Origin: an uncultured Gemmatimonadales bacterium
GTDB lineage: Bacteria; Gemmatimonadota; Gemmatimonadetes; Gemmatimonadales; Gemmatimonadaceae
Length of the DNA stretch: 64,000 nt
Direction of reading: 5' to 3'
Assembly: GCA_963701965.1 (NCBI GenBank)
Contig: OY969695.1
Location: forward strand, 2,784,001 to 2,848,000
Part shown: piece after piece, positions 18,216 through 26,382 of the stretch
Layout: each line of letters begins with the position of its first letter
Numbering within the stretch: the stretch's first letter is position 1
The notes under the pieces: model-generated
What the model was told of the DNA's origin: nothing
What the model saw: the letters and a program-made list of their open reading frames with translations, nothing else
Database searches by the model: none
Translations under genes and position numbers: made by a program

Positions 18216-20464
18216 CGCTCGCGGTATTCGGGGCGGTACCGGCGCTGGCCCAGACCGCGGATTCGTCGCGCGTCACGCTCGATCGCCTCTTTGCGTCGGC
18301 TGATTTCGCGACGGACCGGACGGGCGGCCTGGAGTGGCTTCCCAAGTCGCCAGCCTACTCGGCGTTCGAGGCGGGCACGCGGGGCGGCGGTGATCTCGTG
18401 CGCTACGACGCGGCGACGGGCGCCCGGACGGTCCTGGTGCCGGCGGAGAAGCTGGTGCAACCGGGCACGACGCACGAGCTGGCGGTCGAACGCTACGCAT
18501 GGTCGGCCGATGAGAAGAAGCTCCTGCTCTTCACCAACTCGGCGCGGGTGTGGCGGGAGAATACGCGCGGCGACTTCTGGGTCTACGATCTGGCGACCGG
18601 CACGCTCCGGCAACTCGGCGGCGACGCCAAGCCGTCGACGCTCATGTTCGCGACGTTCTCGCCCGATGGCGGCCGCGTGGCCTACGTGCGGGAGCACAAT
18701 CTCTACGTGGAAACGGTCGCCGACGGCCACATCACGCAGCTGACCACGGACGGATCGCCGACGATCATCAATGGAACGTTCGATTGGGTGTATGAGGAAG
18801 AGCTGAACGACCGCAACGGGTTTCGGTGGAGCCCGGATGGGAAGCAGATCGCGTACTGGCAGCTCGACGATGCGGGCGTCAAGGACTACGATCTCATCGA
18901 CGATACGGACTCGCTGTACTCGTTCACGACGCCGGTCCAGTACCCGAAGGCGGGGACGACCAACTCCGGCGCGAGGGTGGGGATCGTCGACGCGGCCGGT
19001 GGCCCGACCCGGTGGCTGGCGCTCACGGGGGACCCCAGGGCGTATCTGATCGCCCGCATGAGCTGGGCCGGCAACTCCGATGCGGTCGTGGTGCAGCGTC
19101 TCGACCGCGAGCAGCATCAGAACGAAGTCGTGTTGGGGGACGCGCACACGGGCGCGGTGCGGCCGGTGCTCACGGAGCGCGATAGCACGTGGGTCGATCC
19201 GGTCGACGACGTGCGGTGGTTCGATCGCGGCGCGCGCTTTCTGTGGGTCAGTGAGCGGGACGGCTGGCGCCGGCTGTACACGGTGGGGCGCGATGGCGGT
19301 GGGGTTCGGCCGCTCACGCCCGCGGCCGTCGACGTCACCACCCCCGGCAGTCCGTTCGGCGAGCCGTTCACCGCCGGCATCGACTCGGCCGCGGGCTGGG
19401 TCTATTACACGGCGTCGCCGACGAACGCCGCGCAGCTGTATCTGTATCGCGCCCGATTGGATGGCAGCGGCCGCGCCGAGCGGGTGACGCCAGCCGCGCA
19501 GGGCGGGGTGCATGAGTACGAGCTGTCGGCGGACGCGAAGTTCGCGATCCATCACTGGTCAGCGTTCGGCACACCGCCCACGGTCGAGATCGTGCGATTG
19601 CCGGACCACCACGTCATACGGCAGGTGACCGACAATGCGCGGCTCGCCCGCACCGTGCGGGCGTTGGCCCGGGGGCCGGTCGAGTTCACCCAGATCGACA
19701 ACGGCGCGGGCGTGCGGCTCGATGCCTGGATCATGAAGCCGCCGGCGTTCGATTCGACGCGTAAATATCCCGTCCTCTTTTTCGTGTACGGCGGGCCGGC
19801 CGAGCAGACCGTCCTCGATCAGTGGGACGGAGACCAGTATCTGTGGCATCTCATGTTGACCCAGATGGGATACATCGTGGCTTCGGTCGACAACCGTGGT
19901 GCGCCATCGCCCCACGGACGCGCGTTCCGGCACGCCATCTACAAGCGCGTCGGCGTCGTCGAGTCCGCCGACCAGACGGCCGCGGCCCGCGCGATCGCCG
20001 CGCGATCGTACGCTGACGCCACGCGCGTCGGAGTCTGGGGATGGAGTAACGGGGGCTCGATGACCCTCAACCTGCTGTTCCGCTCGCCCGACGTCTATCG
20101 CATGGGCATCGCCGTGGCGCCGGTGACCGACGAGCGGTTCTATGACACGATCTATACCGAGCGCTATCTCGGTCTGCCGCAAGACAACGCCGAGGCGTAC
20201 AAGCAGGCCTCGCCGCTCAACTACGTCGATCACCTGCGCGGCGATCTCTTGCTCGTGCATGGTTCGGGCGATGACAACGTGCACTATCAGAACAGCGAGG
20301 CGCTCATCAACGCGCTGGTGGCGGCGGACAAGCCGTTCACGATGATGGCGTATCCCAATCGCACGCACTGCATCTGCGAGGGCGAGAACACGTCGCGCCA
20401 CTTGTACGGCCTCTTGACCCGGTACGTGCGCGATCACCTGCCGGCGGGACCGAGCGTGCAGTAG
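18128..20464 (+). CDS. S9 family dipeptidyl-peptidase IV-like protein
   Basis: DWVYEEE, YPKAG, GWSNGG, DDNVH, YPNRTH; start uncertain (overlaps upstream gene). Confidence 0.92.
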   Translation: MGESAHDAPGRHRILHGDRSPRPCYQLALALAVFGAVPALAQTADSSRVTLDRLFASADFATDRTGGLEWLPKSPAYSAFEAGTRGGGDLVRYDAATGARTVLVPAEKLVQPGTTHELAVERYAWSADEKKLLLFTNSARVWRENTRGDFWVYDLATGTLRQLGGDAKPSTLMFATFSPDGGRVAYVREHNLYVETVADGHITQLTTDGSPTIINGTFDWVYEEELNDRNGFRWSPDGKQIAYWQLDDAGVKDYDLIDDTDSLYSFTTPVQYPKAGTTNSGARVGIVDAAGGPTRWLALTGDPRAYLIARMSWAGNSDAVVVQRLDREQHQNEVVLGDAHTGAVRPVLTERDSTWVDPVDDVRWFDRGARFLWVSERDGWRRLYTVGRDGGGVRPLTPAAVDVTTPGSPFGEPFTAGIDSAAGWVYYTASPTNAAQLYLYRARLDGSGRAERVTPAAQGGVHEYELSADAKFAIHHWSAFGTPPTVEIVRLPDHHVIRQVTDNARLARTVRALARGPVEFTQIDNGAGVRLDAWIMKPPAFDSTRKYPVLFFVYGGPAEQTVLDQWDGDQYLWHLMLTQMGYIVASVDNRGAPSPHGRAFRHAIYKRVGVVESADQTAAARAIAARSYADATRVGVWGWSNGGSMTLNLLFRSPDVYRMGIAVAPVTDERFYDTIYTERYLGLPQDNAEAYKQASPLNYVDHLRGDLLLVHGSGDDNVHYQNSEALINALVAADKPFTMMAYPNRTHCICEGENTSRHLYGLLTRYVRDHLPAGPSVQ

Positions 20465-20491
20465 CGGTGACAACGCGATCGCCACGATGAC

Positions 20492-20530
20492 GGCTAGCGG
20501 CTCGAAGTGGAGATATTCGAGTCGCTAGTT
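20492..20530 (+). other. 15-bp hairpin in the leader of tRNA cassette 2
   Basis: GGCTAGCGGCTCGAA-9 nt-TTCGAGTCGCTAGTT (three G-U pairs), enclosed by CGCCAC/GTGGCG. Confidence 0.6.
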
Positions 20531-20588
20531 AGTGGCGTGCAATGAGTGAGCCCGTGTCGCAGCATCCAGTTTCATCCGCGTGTAGAGT

Positions 20589-20672
20589 GCCCGGATGGTG
20601 GAATTGGTAGACACGGCAAACTCGCAAATTGCCGACCGTAAGGTCGTGCGGGTTCGAATCCCGCTCCGGGCA
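20589..20672 (+). tRNA. Type II tRNA with tRNA-Leu body but anticodon CGC (Ala); A31-A39 mismatch; CCA not encoded
   Basis: Acceptor and D arm identical to 11462-11545; anticodon arm GCAAA-CT CGC AA-ATTGC; V arm GACC-GTAA-GGTC; T arm GCGGG-TTCGAAT-CCCGC; A73. Confidence 0.88.
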
Positions 20673-20726
20673 CGCTAGCTAGCGCCACATTGCGCGTCGC
20701 TTCCTGGTTTCATAGATTCAAGGCAC

Positions 20727-20742
20727 TTGCGAGTTTGCCGTG
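20727..20742. repeat. Perfect 16-nt inverted copy of the anticodon-arm region of tRNA cassette 2
   Basis: TTGCGAGTTTGCCGTG is the reverse complement of CACGGCAAACTCGCAA (20612-20627). Confidence 0.92.
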
Positions 20743-20743
20743 G

Positions 20744-20776
20744 CGAGCCCCGGGGAGAGATCCTCGGGGTTCGTTT
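20744..20776 (+). terminator. 13-bp hairpin with GAGA loop, terminator-like
   Basis: CGAGCCCCGGGGA-GAGA-TCCTCGGGGTTCG then TTT; core resembles the 11332-11363 hairpin. Confidence 0.7.
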
Positions 20777-20795
20777 GCATCGGAGCGTGTGCGGC

Positions 20796-20824
20796 TTGAC
20801 TTTCGGGATATCTTCGGGTAGCGT
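20796..20824 (+). promoter_or_regulatory. sigma70-type promoter giving a probably leaderless mRNA for the radical SAM gene
   Basis: TTGACT-N17-TAGCGT, then 6 nt to GTG at 20831. Confidence 0.6.
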
Positions 20825-20830
20825 TAGAGC

Positions 20831-22096
20831 GTGGAGGACAATCTCTCGCTCGAGCAAAAGCTGGTGCTGCTGACGTCGCTCGCAGCCGATGACCGTGAGG
20901 GTCCACCGCCGCCACGGCTGCGGAACACCAGCACCAAGAAAGTCGGCGCTCTGCGCCCCCTCAACATCCGCACCGTCCGCGTCGGGACATGGACCACGTC
21001 GCTGTTGCGCGTGCTCATGACCAACGCCTGTAGCTACAATTGCCACTACTGTCCGATGCGCCGCGATCGGAACATGCCGCGGACGCTGCTCAAGCCCGAG
21101 GAGTTGGTGAAGATCTTCCTCGCGGCCCACGCGCGCGGATGGTGCCAGGGATTGTTCATCACGACGGGTATTCCGGGCCGGCCGACCAAGATCATCGATG
21201 ACCTGATCCAGGTATTGGAGCTCCTCCGCGGGAAGCACCGGTTTGGCGGCTACATCCACGTCAAAATGCCGCCGGGCGGCGAGCCCGCGCAGATCGAGCG
21301 CTTGACTGCGTTGGCGAGCCGGGTGTCGATCAATCTGGAGACCCCCTGCGGCCAAACGCTCGAGCACATTGCGCCCGAAAAGAACCTCGACCAGACGCTG
21401 GTCAGCCTGGAACGGTCGCGCACGCTCGTCAACCACGCGCGCGAGGCCGAGCGGGACGGGAGGCGCCGGGACCCGCTCTCGCCGGGCGGTGTGGCCGGTA
21501 TGACCATGCAGTTCGTCGTCGGCGCGACCGCCGACAACGACCGGTCGATCATGGGTCGGGTGACGGCCCTCTACGCCGGCGGCGGCATTCATCACGCGCA
21601 CTTCTCGGCGTTCCGCCCGATCCGCGACACGCCGATGGAGTCCCAGCGGGCCACACCGGCGCTGAGGGAGCACCGGCTCTACCAGGTGGACTATCTGCTC
21701 CGGCAATACGGATTTTCGCCGGAGGAGATCGTCTATGGCGCCGGAGACAACATCCCACTGACCAATGATCCCAAGACCACTTGGGCGCTGGCGCACCCGG
21801 AGCGGTTTCCGGTCGAGCTGTCGAACGCGGATCTCGAATCCCTGCTCCGCGTGCCGGGAGTCGGCCCGACCTCGGCGCGGCGCATCGTCGAAGGCCGGCG
21901 CGGCACCACGATCCGGGGGTTGTCCGATCTGCGCCGGCTGGGGGTCGTGACGTCCCGGGCCGCGGGGTTCGTGGCGATTCGCGGCCGGCGGCTGAGCGAC
22001 ACCCGGTGGGCCGAGCAGCTGGGCATTCGGCGGCCCGAGGACGAGATTGGGACAAGGTGGCAGGCTTACGAAGTCAGTCCGGGGACTTTTCGATGA
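20831..22096 (+). CDS. Putative DNA modification/repair radical SAM protein (TIGR03916-like) with HhH motif
   Basis: MTNACSYNCHYC, GYIHVK, REHRLYQ, LLRVPGVG. Confidence 0.85.
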   Translation: MEDNLSLEQKLVLLTSLAADDREGPPPPRLRNTSTKKVGALRPLNIRTVRVGTWTTSLLRVLMTNACSYNCHYCPMRRDRNMPRTLLKPEELVKIFLAAHARGWCQGLFITTGIPGRPTKIIDDLIQVLELLRGKHRFGGYIHVKMPPGGEPAQIERLTALASRVSINLETPCGQTLEHIAPEKNLDQTLVSLERSRTLVNHAREAERDGRRRDPLSPGGVAGMTMQFVVGATADNDRSIMGRVTALYAGGGIHHAHFSAFRPIRDTPMESQRATPALREHRLYQVDYLLRQYGFSPEEIVYGAGDNIPLTNDPKTTWALAHPERFPVELSNADLESLLRVPGVGPTSARRIVEGRRGTTIRGLSDLRRLGVVTSRAAGFVAIRGRRLSDTRWAEQLGIRRPEDEIGTRWQAYEVSPGTFR

Positions 22097-22419
22097 TCGC
22101 ACGGACCTGGCGTGGCTGGACCAGCGCCGCCGACGCCGACGCCTACTTCGCGTATCTCGAGCGCACTGGGTTGCGCGCGTATCGTGAGACCCCGGGGAAC
22201 GCCGGGGTCTATACGTTGCGCCGGATACGCGAAGGCCGCGCCGAGTTTCTCCTGGTGTCCCTCTGGGAGTCCTGGGACGCCATTCGCGCGTTCGCCGGGG
22301 ATACACCAGAACGGGCGGTGTTCTATCCCGAGGACGATCGCTTTCTCGTGGACCGCGAACTCCACGTCGATCACTATGAAGTGGTAGACTTTGGGGGTGG
22401 CGAGCGACAATCTCCGTGA
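22093..22419 (+). CDS. Antibiotic biosynthesis monooxygenase (ABM)-like small protein
   Basis: MIARTWRG...SLWESWDAIRAFAG...VFYPEDDRFL. Confidence 0.75.
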   Translation: MIARTWRGWTSAADADAYFAYLERTGLRAYRETPGNAGVYTLRRIREGRAEFLLVSLWESWDAIRAFAGDTPERAVFYPEDDRFLVDRELHVDHYEVVDFGGGERQSP

Positions 22420-25153
22420 GCGGTTGCAGGCCGGTCTCGGCTCGGCCTATACGATCGAGCGCGAGATCGGGCGCGGCGGCATGGCGACCGTCTTTCTCGC
22501 CCAGGATCGGAAGCACGACCGCCCCGTGGCGGTCAAGGTGCTGCACGCGCATCTCGCGGCATCCCGAGGTCCGGAGCGGTTTCGGCGCGAGATCACGCTC
22601 GCAGCCCGTCTGCAGCATCCCCACATCCTCGCCGTCCACGATTCCGGCGAGAGTCCCGACGGGCTCCTGTGGTTCACCATGCCCTTCGTCGACGGTGAGA
22701 CCCTGCGCGAACGGCTCATGCGGCAGCGGCAGCTGCCGGTCGACGAGGCGTTGCGCATTGCGTCCGACGTGGCCGGCGCGCTGGAGTATGCGCACGCGCG
22801 CGGCATCATCCATCGCGACATCAAGCCCGAGAACATCCTGCTGTCGAGCTCCCATGCTCTGGTGGCCGACTTCGGCATCGCGCGGCCAGTCGCGGAGGAG
22901 GGCGACCCCGCGCTGACCGAGATCGGGCTGGCGGTTGGGACGCCGGCCTACATGAGCCCCGAGCAGGCCCACGGCGAGCGCACGCTCGATGGCCGCACCG
23001 ACATCTACAGCCTCGGCACGGTGCTGTACGAGATGCTGGCCGGCGAGCCGCCGTTCACGGGACCGTCGGCGCGCACGGCGAAGATGCTGAGCGGCAGCGC
23101 GCCCTCCGTGCGGCGCCGGCGGCCAACCGTCAGCGAATCGGTCGATCTCACCCTGCAGAAATCGCTGGCGCCGGTGCCGGCCGACCGGTTCGCGTCGGCC
23201 GGGGAGTTCGCCGAGACACTGGCCGCGGGCGGCAGCGGGCGGCACACGGGGCGATACAGCAGCGGGACCGCCATCGGCGGCCGTCCGCGGATCGGACTGG
23301 CCGCCGCGGCCGCGGCCGCGATCGCGCTGGTCATCGTGTTCGTGGCCGTGGCCGGACGTTGGCGCGGCGCCGCGCACGCCGGATCGATCGGCGTGCTCGC
23401 GGTGCTGCCCTTCGACAACTTCGGCGCGGGCAGCGATGAGTATTTCGCCGAGGGGCTGACCGACGAGCTGCGCGCGAAACTGTCGGCGATCGGCGGGCTT
23501 CGCGTCATCGCGACCGGGAGCTCGGAGCAGTATCGCCACAGCCCGAAATCCCAGACCGAGATCGCCCGCGAGCTCGGCGCGCGGTATTTGCTCGTGGGCA
23601 GCGTGCGGTGGGAGCGACTCGCCGACGGCAAGAGTCGGGTGCGGGTGAGCCCGGAGTTGGTCGATGTGACGTCGCCGGCGCCGACGACGACGTGGAAGCA
23701 GGCGTTCGACGCGGCCGACCTCGAGGATGTGTTCACGGTCCAGGCGAACATCGCGACCAATGTCGCGGCCAAGCTCGGCGTGGCGCTGGGTGGCGCGGTG
23801 CCGAAGGTCATCACCACGCGGCCGACGGAGAACCAGGCGGCGTACAACGCGTATCTCCAGGGGTTGGCGCTGTTGCCGCGGACGATCACGGCGGGCACGA
23901 CGACACCCTCGGCCGGTGTCGCGCGGCAGGCGGCCGCGGCGTTCCGCCAAGCGGTGTCGCTCGATCCGCGGTTCGCGGATGCGTGGGCGCGGCTGTCGTT
24001 GGCCGACTCGCGGCTCTATCTCGCCGAGCCGTCGCCGGCGGTGTTGGCCGAGTGCCAGGCCGCGGCCGAGCGGGCGTTGGCCATCGCGCCCACGCTGGCC
24101 GATGGGCATCAGGCGATGGGCGCGTACTACGCCACGGGGCCGGGCGATTATGCGCGCGCGCTGGCCGAGGATTCCATTGGTCTCGCCGCCGAGCCGGACA
24201 ACGTCGATCTCTTGACGTCGGCGGCGGCCAACGAGATCAACGTCGGACGATTGGATCCCGCGATTGCCCGTCTGCGCCGCGCGTTGGCGCTCGATCCGCG
24301 GTCGGTGTTGACGGCGACGCGGTTGGCGTCGGCGCTGCTCCGCCGGGGCGATTTCGCCGGCGCGCGCGACGCGGCGGATCGGGGGCTGGCGGTCGATCCG
24401 ACGAGTCTGGCGCTGTTGGAAGCCGACGCGACGGCGCGCCGCGCGCAGGGCGATCTCGCCGGGGCGCGCGCCGTGCTCGATCGGGCGCTCGCGGTCGCGC
24501 CGGACAATCTCGAGTTGATCGAGCAGAAGGTCATCACGTATCTCATGGCGGGGGATCTCGCGGGCGCGCGCGGGGTCGTGCGCGCGGCGTCGGCGCTCGT
24601 GGACACGCGGGCGTTGCTGGCGTACATTGGCGGGGTGTACGACCTGTACTGGGTGTTGGACGACGCCGATCAGCGGACGCTGCTCTCGGTGCGGCCGGAA
24701 ACGTTTACGGGGGCTGGTGCTGGGAACCGGCGGGATTGGGCGCTGGCGCTGGCGCACACCGCGTGGTTGCGGGGGGACGCGGCGAAGGCGCGGGCGTATG
24801 CCGATACCGCGCTCATCGCCAGCGGCGCGGACGACGGAAGTCCCAGCGCGCAGGATATGGCGCTGCGAGGTGTCGCGTATGCGTATCTCGGGAAGGCGGC
24901 CGAGGCGAAGGCCGCCGGTCGGCGCGCGACGGCGTTCGATCCCATCGCGACGGATCGGCAGAATGGGCCGTACACGCAACTGTTACTGGCGCGCATCCTC
25001 GTGCTGGCCGGCGAGCCGGATAGCGCGGCCGCGGCGCTGGCGGTCGCGGCAGGGGCGAAAGGCTTCTATCTCACGCCTGCGTGGTTGGCGATCGATCCGA
25101 CCTGGAAGGGCTTGCCGCGAGTGCCCTCGAGTCTGCAGGTTCCGGCCAACTAA
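22397..25153 (+). CDS. Ser/Thr protein kinase with TM helix, TolB-N-like domain and TPR repeats
   Basis: GRGGMATV, HRDIKPEN, DFG, GTPAYMSPEQ, LAVLPF, repeated LALDP helices. Confidence 0.92.
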   Translation: MASDNLRERLQAGLGSAYTIEREIGRGGMATVFLAQDRKHDRPVAVKVLHAHLAASRGPERFRREITLAARLQHPHILAVHDSGESPDGLLWFTMPFVDGETLRERLMRQRQLPVDEALRIASDVAGALEYAHARGIIHRDIKPENILLSSSHALVADFGIARPVAEEGDPALTEIGLAVGTPAYMSPEQAHGERTLDGRTDIYSLGTVLYEMLAGEPPFTGPSARTAKMLSGSAPSVRRRRPTVSESVDLTLQKSLAPVPADRFASAGEFAETLAAGGSGRHTGRYSSGTAIGGRPRIGLAAAAAAAIALVIVFVAVAGRWRGAAHAGSIGVLAVLPFDNFGAGSDEYFAEGLTDELRAKLSAIGGLRVIATGSSEQYRHSPKSQTEIARELGARYLLVGSVRWERLADGKSRVRVSPELVDVTSPAPTTTWKQAFDAADLEDVFTVQANIATNVAAKLGVALGGAVPKVITTRPTENQAAYNAYLQGLALLPRTITAGTTTPSAGVARQAAAAFRQAVSLDPRFADAWARLSLADSRLYLAEPSPAVLAECQAAAERALAIAPTLADGHQAMGAYYATGPGDYARALAEDSIGLAAEPDNVDLLTSAAANEINVGRLDPAIARLRRALALDPRSVLTATRLASALLRRGDFAGARDAADRGLAVDPTSLALLEADATARRAQGDLAGARAVLDRALAVAPDNLELIEQKVITYLMAGDLAGARGVVRAASALVDTRALLAYIGGVYDLYWVLDDADQRTLLSVRPETFTGAGAGNRRDWALALAHTAWLRGDAAKARAYADTALIASGADDGSPSAQDMALRGVAYAYLGKAAEAKAAGRRATAFDPIATDRQNGPYTQLLLARILVLAGEPDSAAAALAVAAGAKGFYLTPAWLAIDPTWKGLPRVPSSLQVPAN

Positions 25154-25164
25154 ACGGAGACGAT

Positions 25165-25605
25165 ATGCTGGCACGTTGGGTGGTGGGATTGGCGGTCGTG
25201 GGGGTGTGCGCGATGGCGCGGCCCGCCACGCTGGCCGCGCAGTCGACGGCGACCGCGCCGCAGGTCACGTGTGCCGATGGCACGACGTCGAAAGCCGGAC
25301 AAGGGGCGTGTTCGCATCATGGCGGCATCAAAACGGCCACGACTGGCGCGGCCGGCGGTATGACGGCCGCGAGTACCCCCGGTGGGGGCAGAGTGCCGAA
25401 CAAGACGACCGTTACGCCGAGCGCGGCTGGTACGCCGACGCCCGCGCCAGCGACGACCGGTACCGCGAAGCCCGGCCCTGCGGATTCCACGGGCGCCATC
25501 GCGCAGTGCACTGACGGCATCTTCTGGCACGGTACCGTGCGGCAAGGCGCGTGTTCGGGGCATAGAGGCGTCAAGCGCTGGTTGGCGGCGGCGCCGGCCA
25601 AGTAA
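25165..25605 (+). CDS. Secreted protein with two Cys/His repeats (DUF3761-like)
   Basis: CADG...QGACSHHGG and CTDG...QGACSGHRG; GGAG RBS. Confidence 0.65.
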   Translation: MLARWVVGLAVVGVCAMARPATLAAQSTATAPQVTCADGTTSKAGQGACSHHGGIKTATTGAAGGMTAASTPGGGRVPNKTTVTPSAAGTPTPAPATTGTAKPGPADSTGAIAQCTDGIFWHGTVRQGACSGHRGVKRWLAAAPAK

Positions 25606-25923
25606 GCATGTGCGGTGCGAACACGCCGCGCTTCGCGCGTGCGTGTTCGCGCCGCGCGCGCCGCGGCTGCGTGATCGCCGGCAGCGCGGCGAGTCGCGCC
25701 TAGGACCGCTGCCCCTTCAGCGCGAGTAGGATGGCTAACGGCTCAGCCGCGGGCGGTGCCTCGCGTACCGTGCGCGTGTGATGCGCGTCACGCGATGTTC
25801 GTGTGACACGACGGGACGAGCGGGAGCGATAGCGCGGGCAGCGCGCATCGCCAAAGTCAGGTGATCGAGGGGCAGTAGTATGTGCGCGCACCTCGATTTC
25901 CTTTCCCGCCCCGGAGCCGTCGT

Positions 25924-26382
25924 ATGCGTCGCGCCCTCGCCGTCCTCTCGTTGGTGACTGCTGTCACATTCCAGAGCGCCGCGGCTCAAACGTCGGCCAA
26001 GCCCTGGATGACGACGTTCATTTACGGTGTCGTGCCGTCCGCCGTGGCCTCGGCCGCCGCCCAGTGCCGCGATGGGCTCGCCACAGTAAGCCGCGGCGAA
26101 ACGCCAGCAAGCGTCCTCGCCAGCATTCTGACGCTCGGCATGTTCTCGCCGATCACGATCGCCGTCACCTGCGCGACCCCGCGCGCCCGCGCGCCGCTGA
26201 CCGGCCCGGTGGCCGTGACGATCGATGGATTGCGCAACGCCCTAGCCAACGCGGCCGACGCGACACTCAAGTCGCACCGTCCCGTGCTCGTGCGCTACAT
26301 TGCCGGCTGGACCGCCGACAACGCATCCGGCGACGCCAACAGCGCGTCCATCGCGTCGATCGTCAACGGCCGCGAGATGTAG
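25924..26382 (+). CDS. Secreted Bor/Iss-like protein
   Basis: FIYGVVP...QC..G......LASILTLGMFSP.....TC pattern; overlaps the 3' end of the convergent EAL gene. Confidence 0.55.
   Translation: MRRALAVLSLVTAVTFQSAAAQTSAKPWMTTFIYGVVPSAVASAAAQCRDGLATVSRGETPASVLASILTLGMFSPITIAVTCATPRARAPLTGPVAVTIDGLRNALANAADATLKSHRPVLVRYIAGWTADNASGDANSASIASIVNGREM

Noticed and set aside
20589..20672. tRNA-Sec, selC* or allo-tRNA assignment
   Set aside because: The fold is canonical 7/5 with A73 and a Leu-type D arm; no UCA anticodon and no 8/5, 8/4 or 9/3 geometry.
11385..20742. Partial tRNA duplicates as prophage or island attL/attR sites
   Set aside because: att duplications are direct repeats, usually of the tRNA 3' part, at the far end of an element. 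These are inverted, within about 60 nt of the tRNA 3' end, and no integrase is present.
20675..24979. Very long antisense ORFs (also 46696-50931 and 51173-55285)
   Set aside because: Arg/Gly-rich shadow frames opposite well-supported genes, expected at high GC.
25700..25870. Cobalamin riboswitch (GCTGCCCC and AAGTCAGG fragments)
   Set aside because: The GGGAA, GCAACTGT and GCCACTG core elements are not found, and the downstream gene is unrelated.
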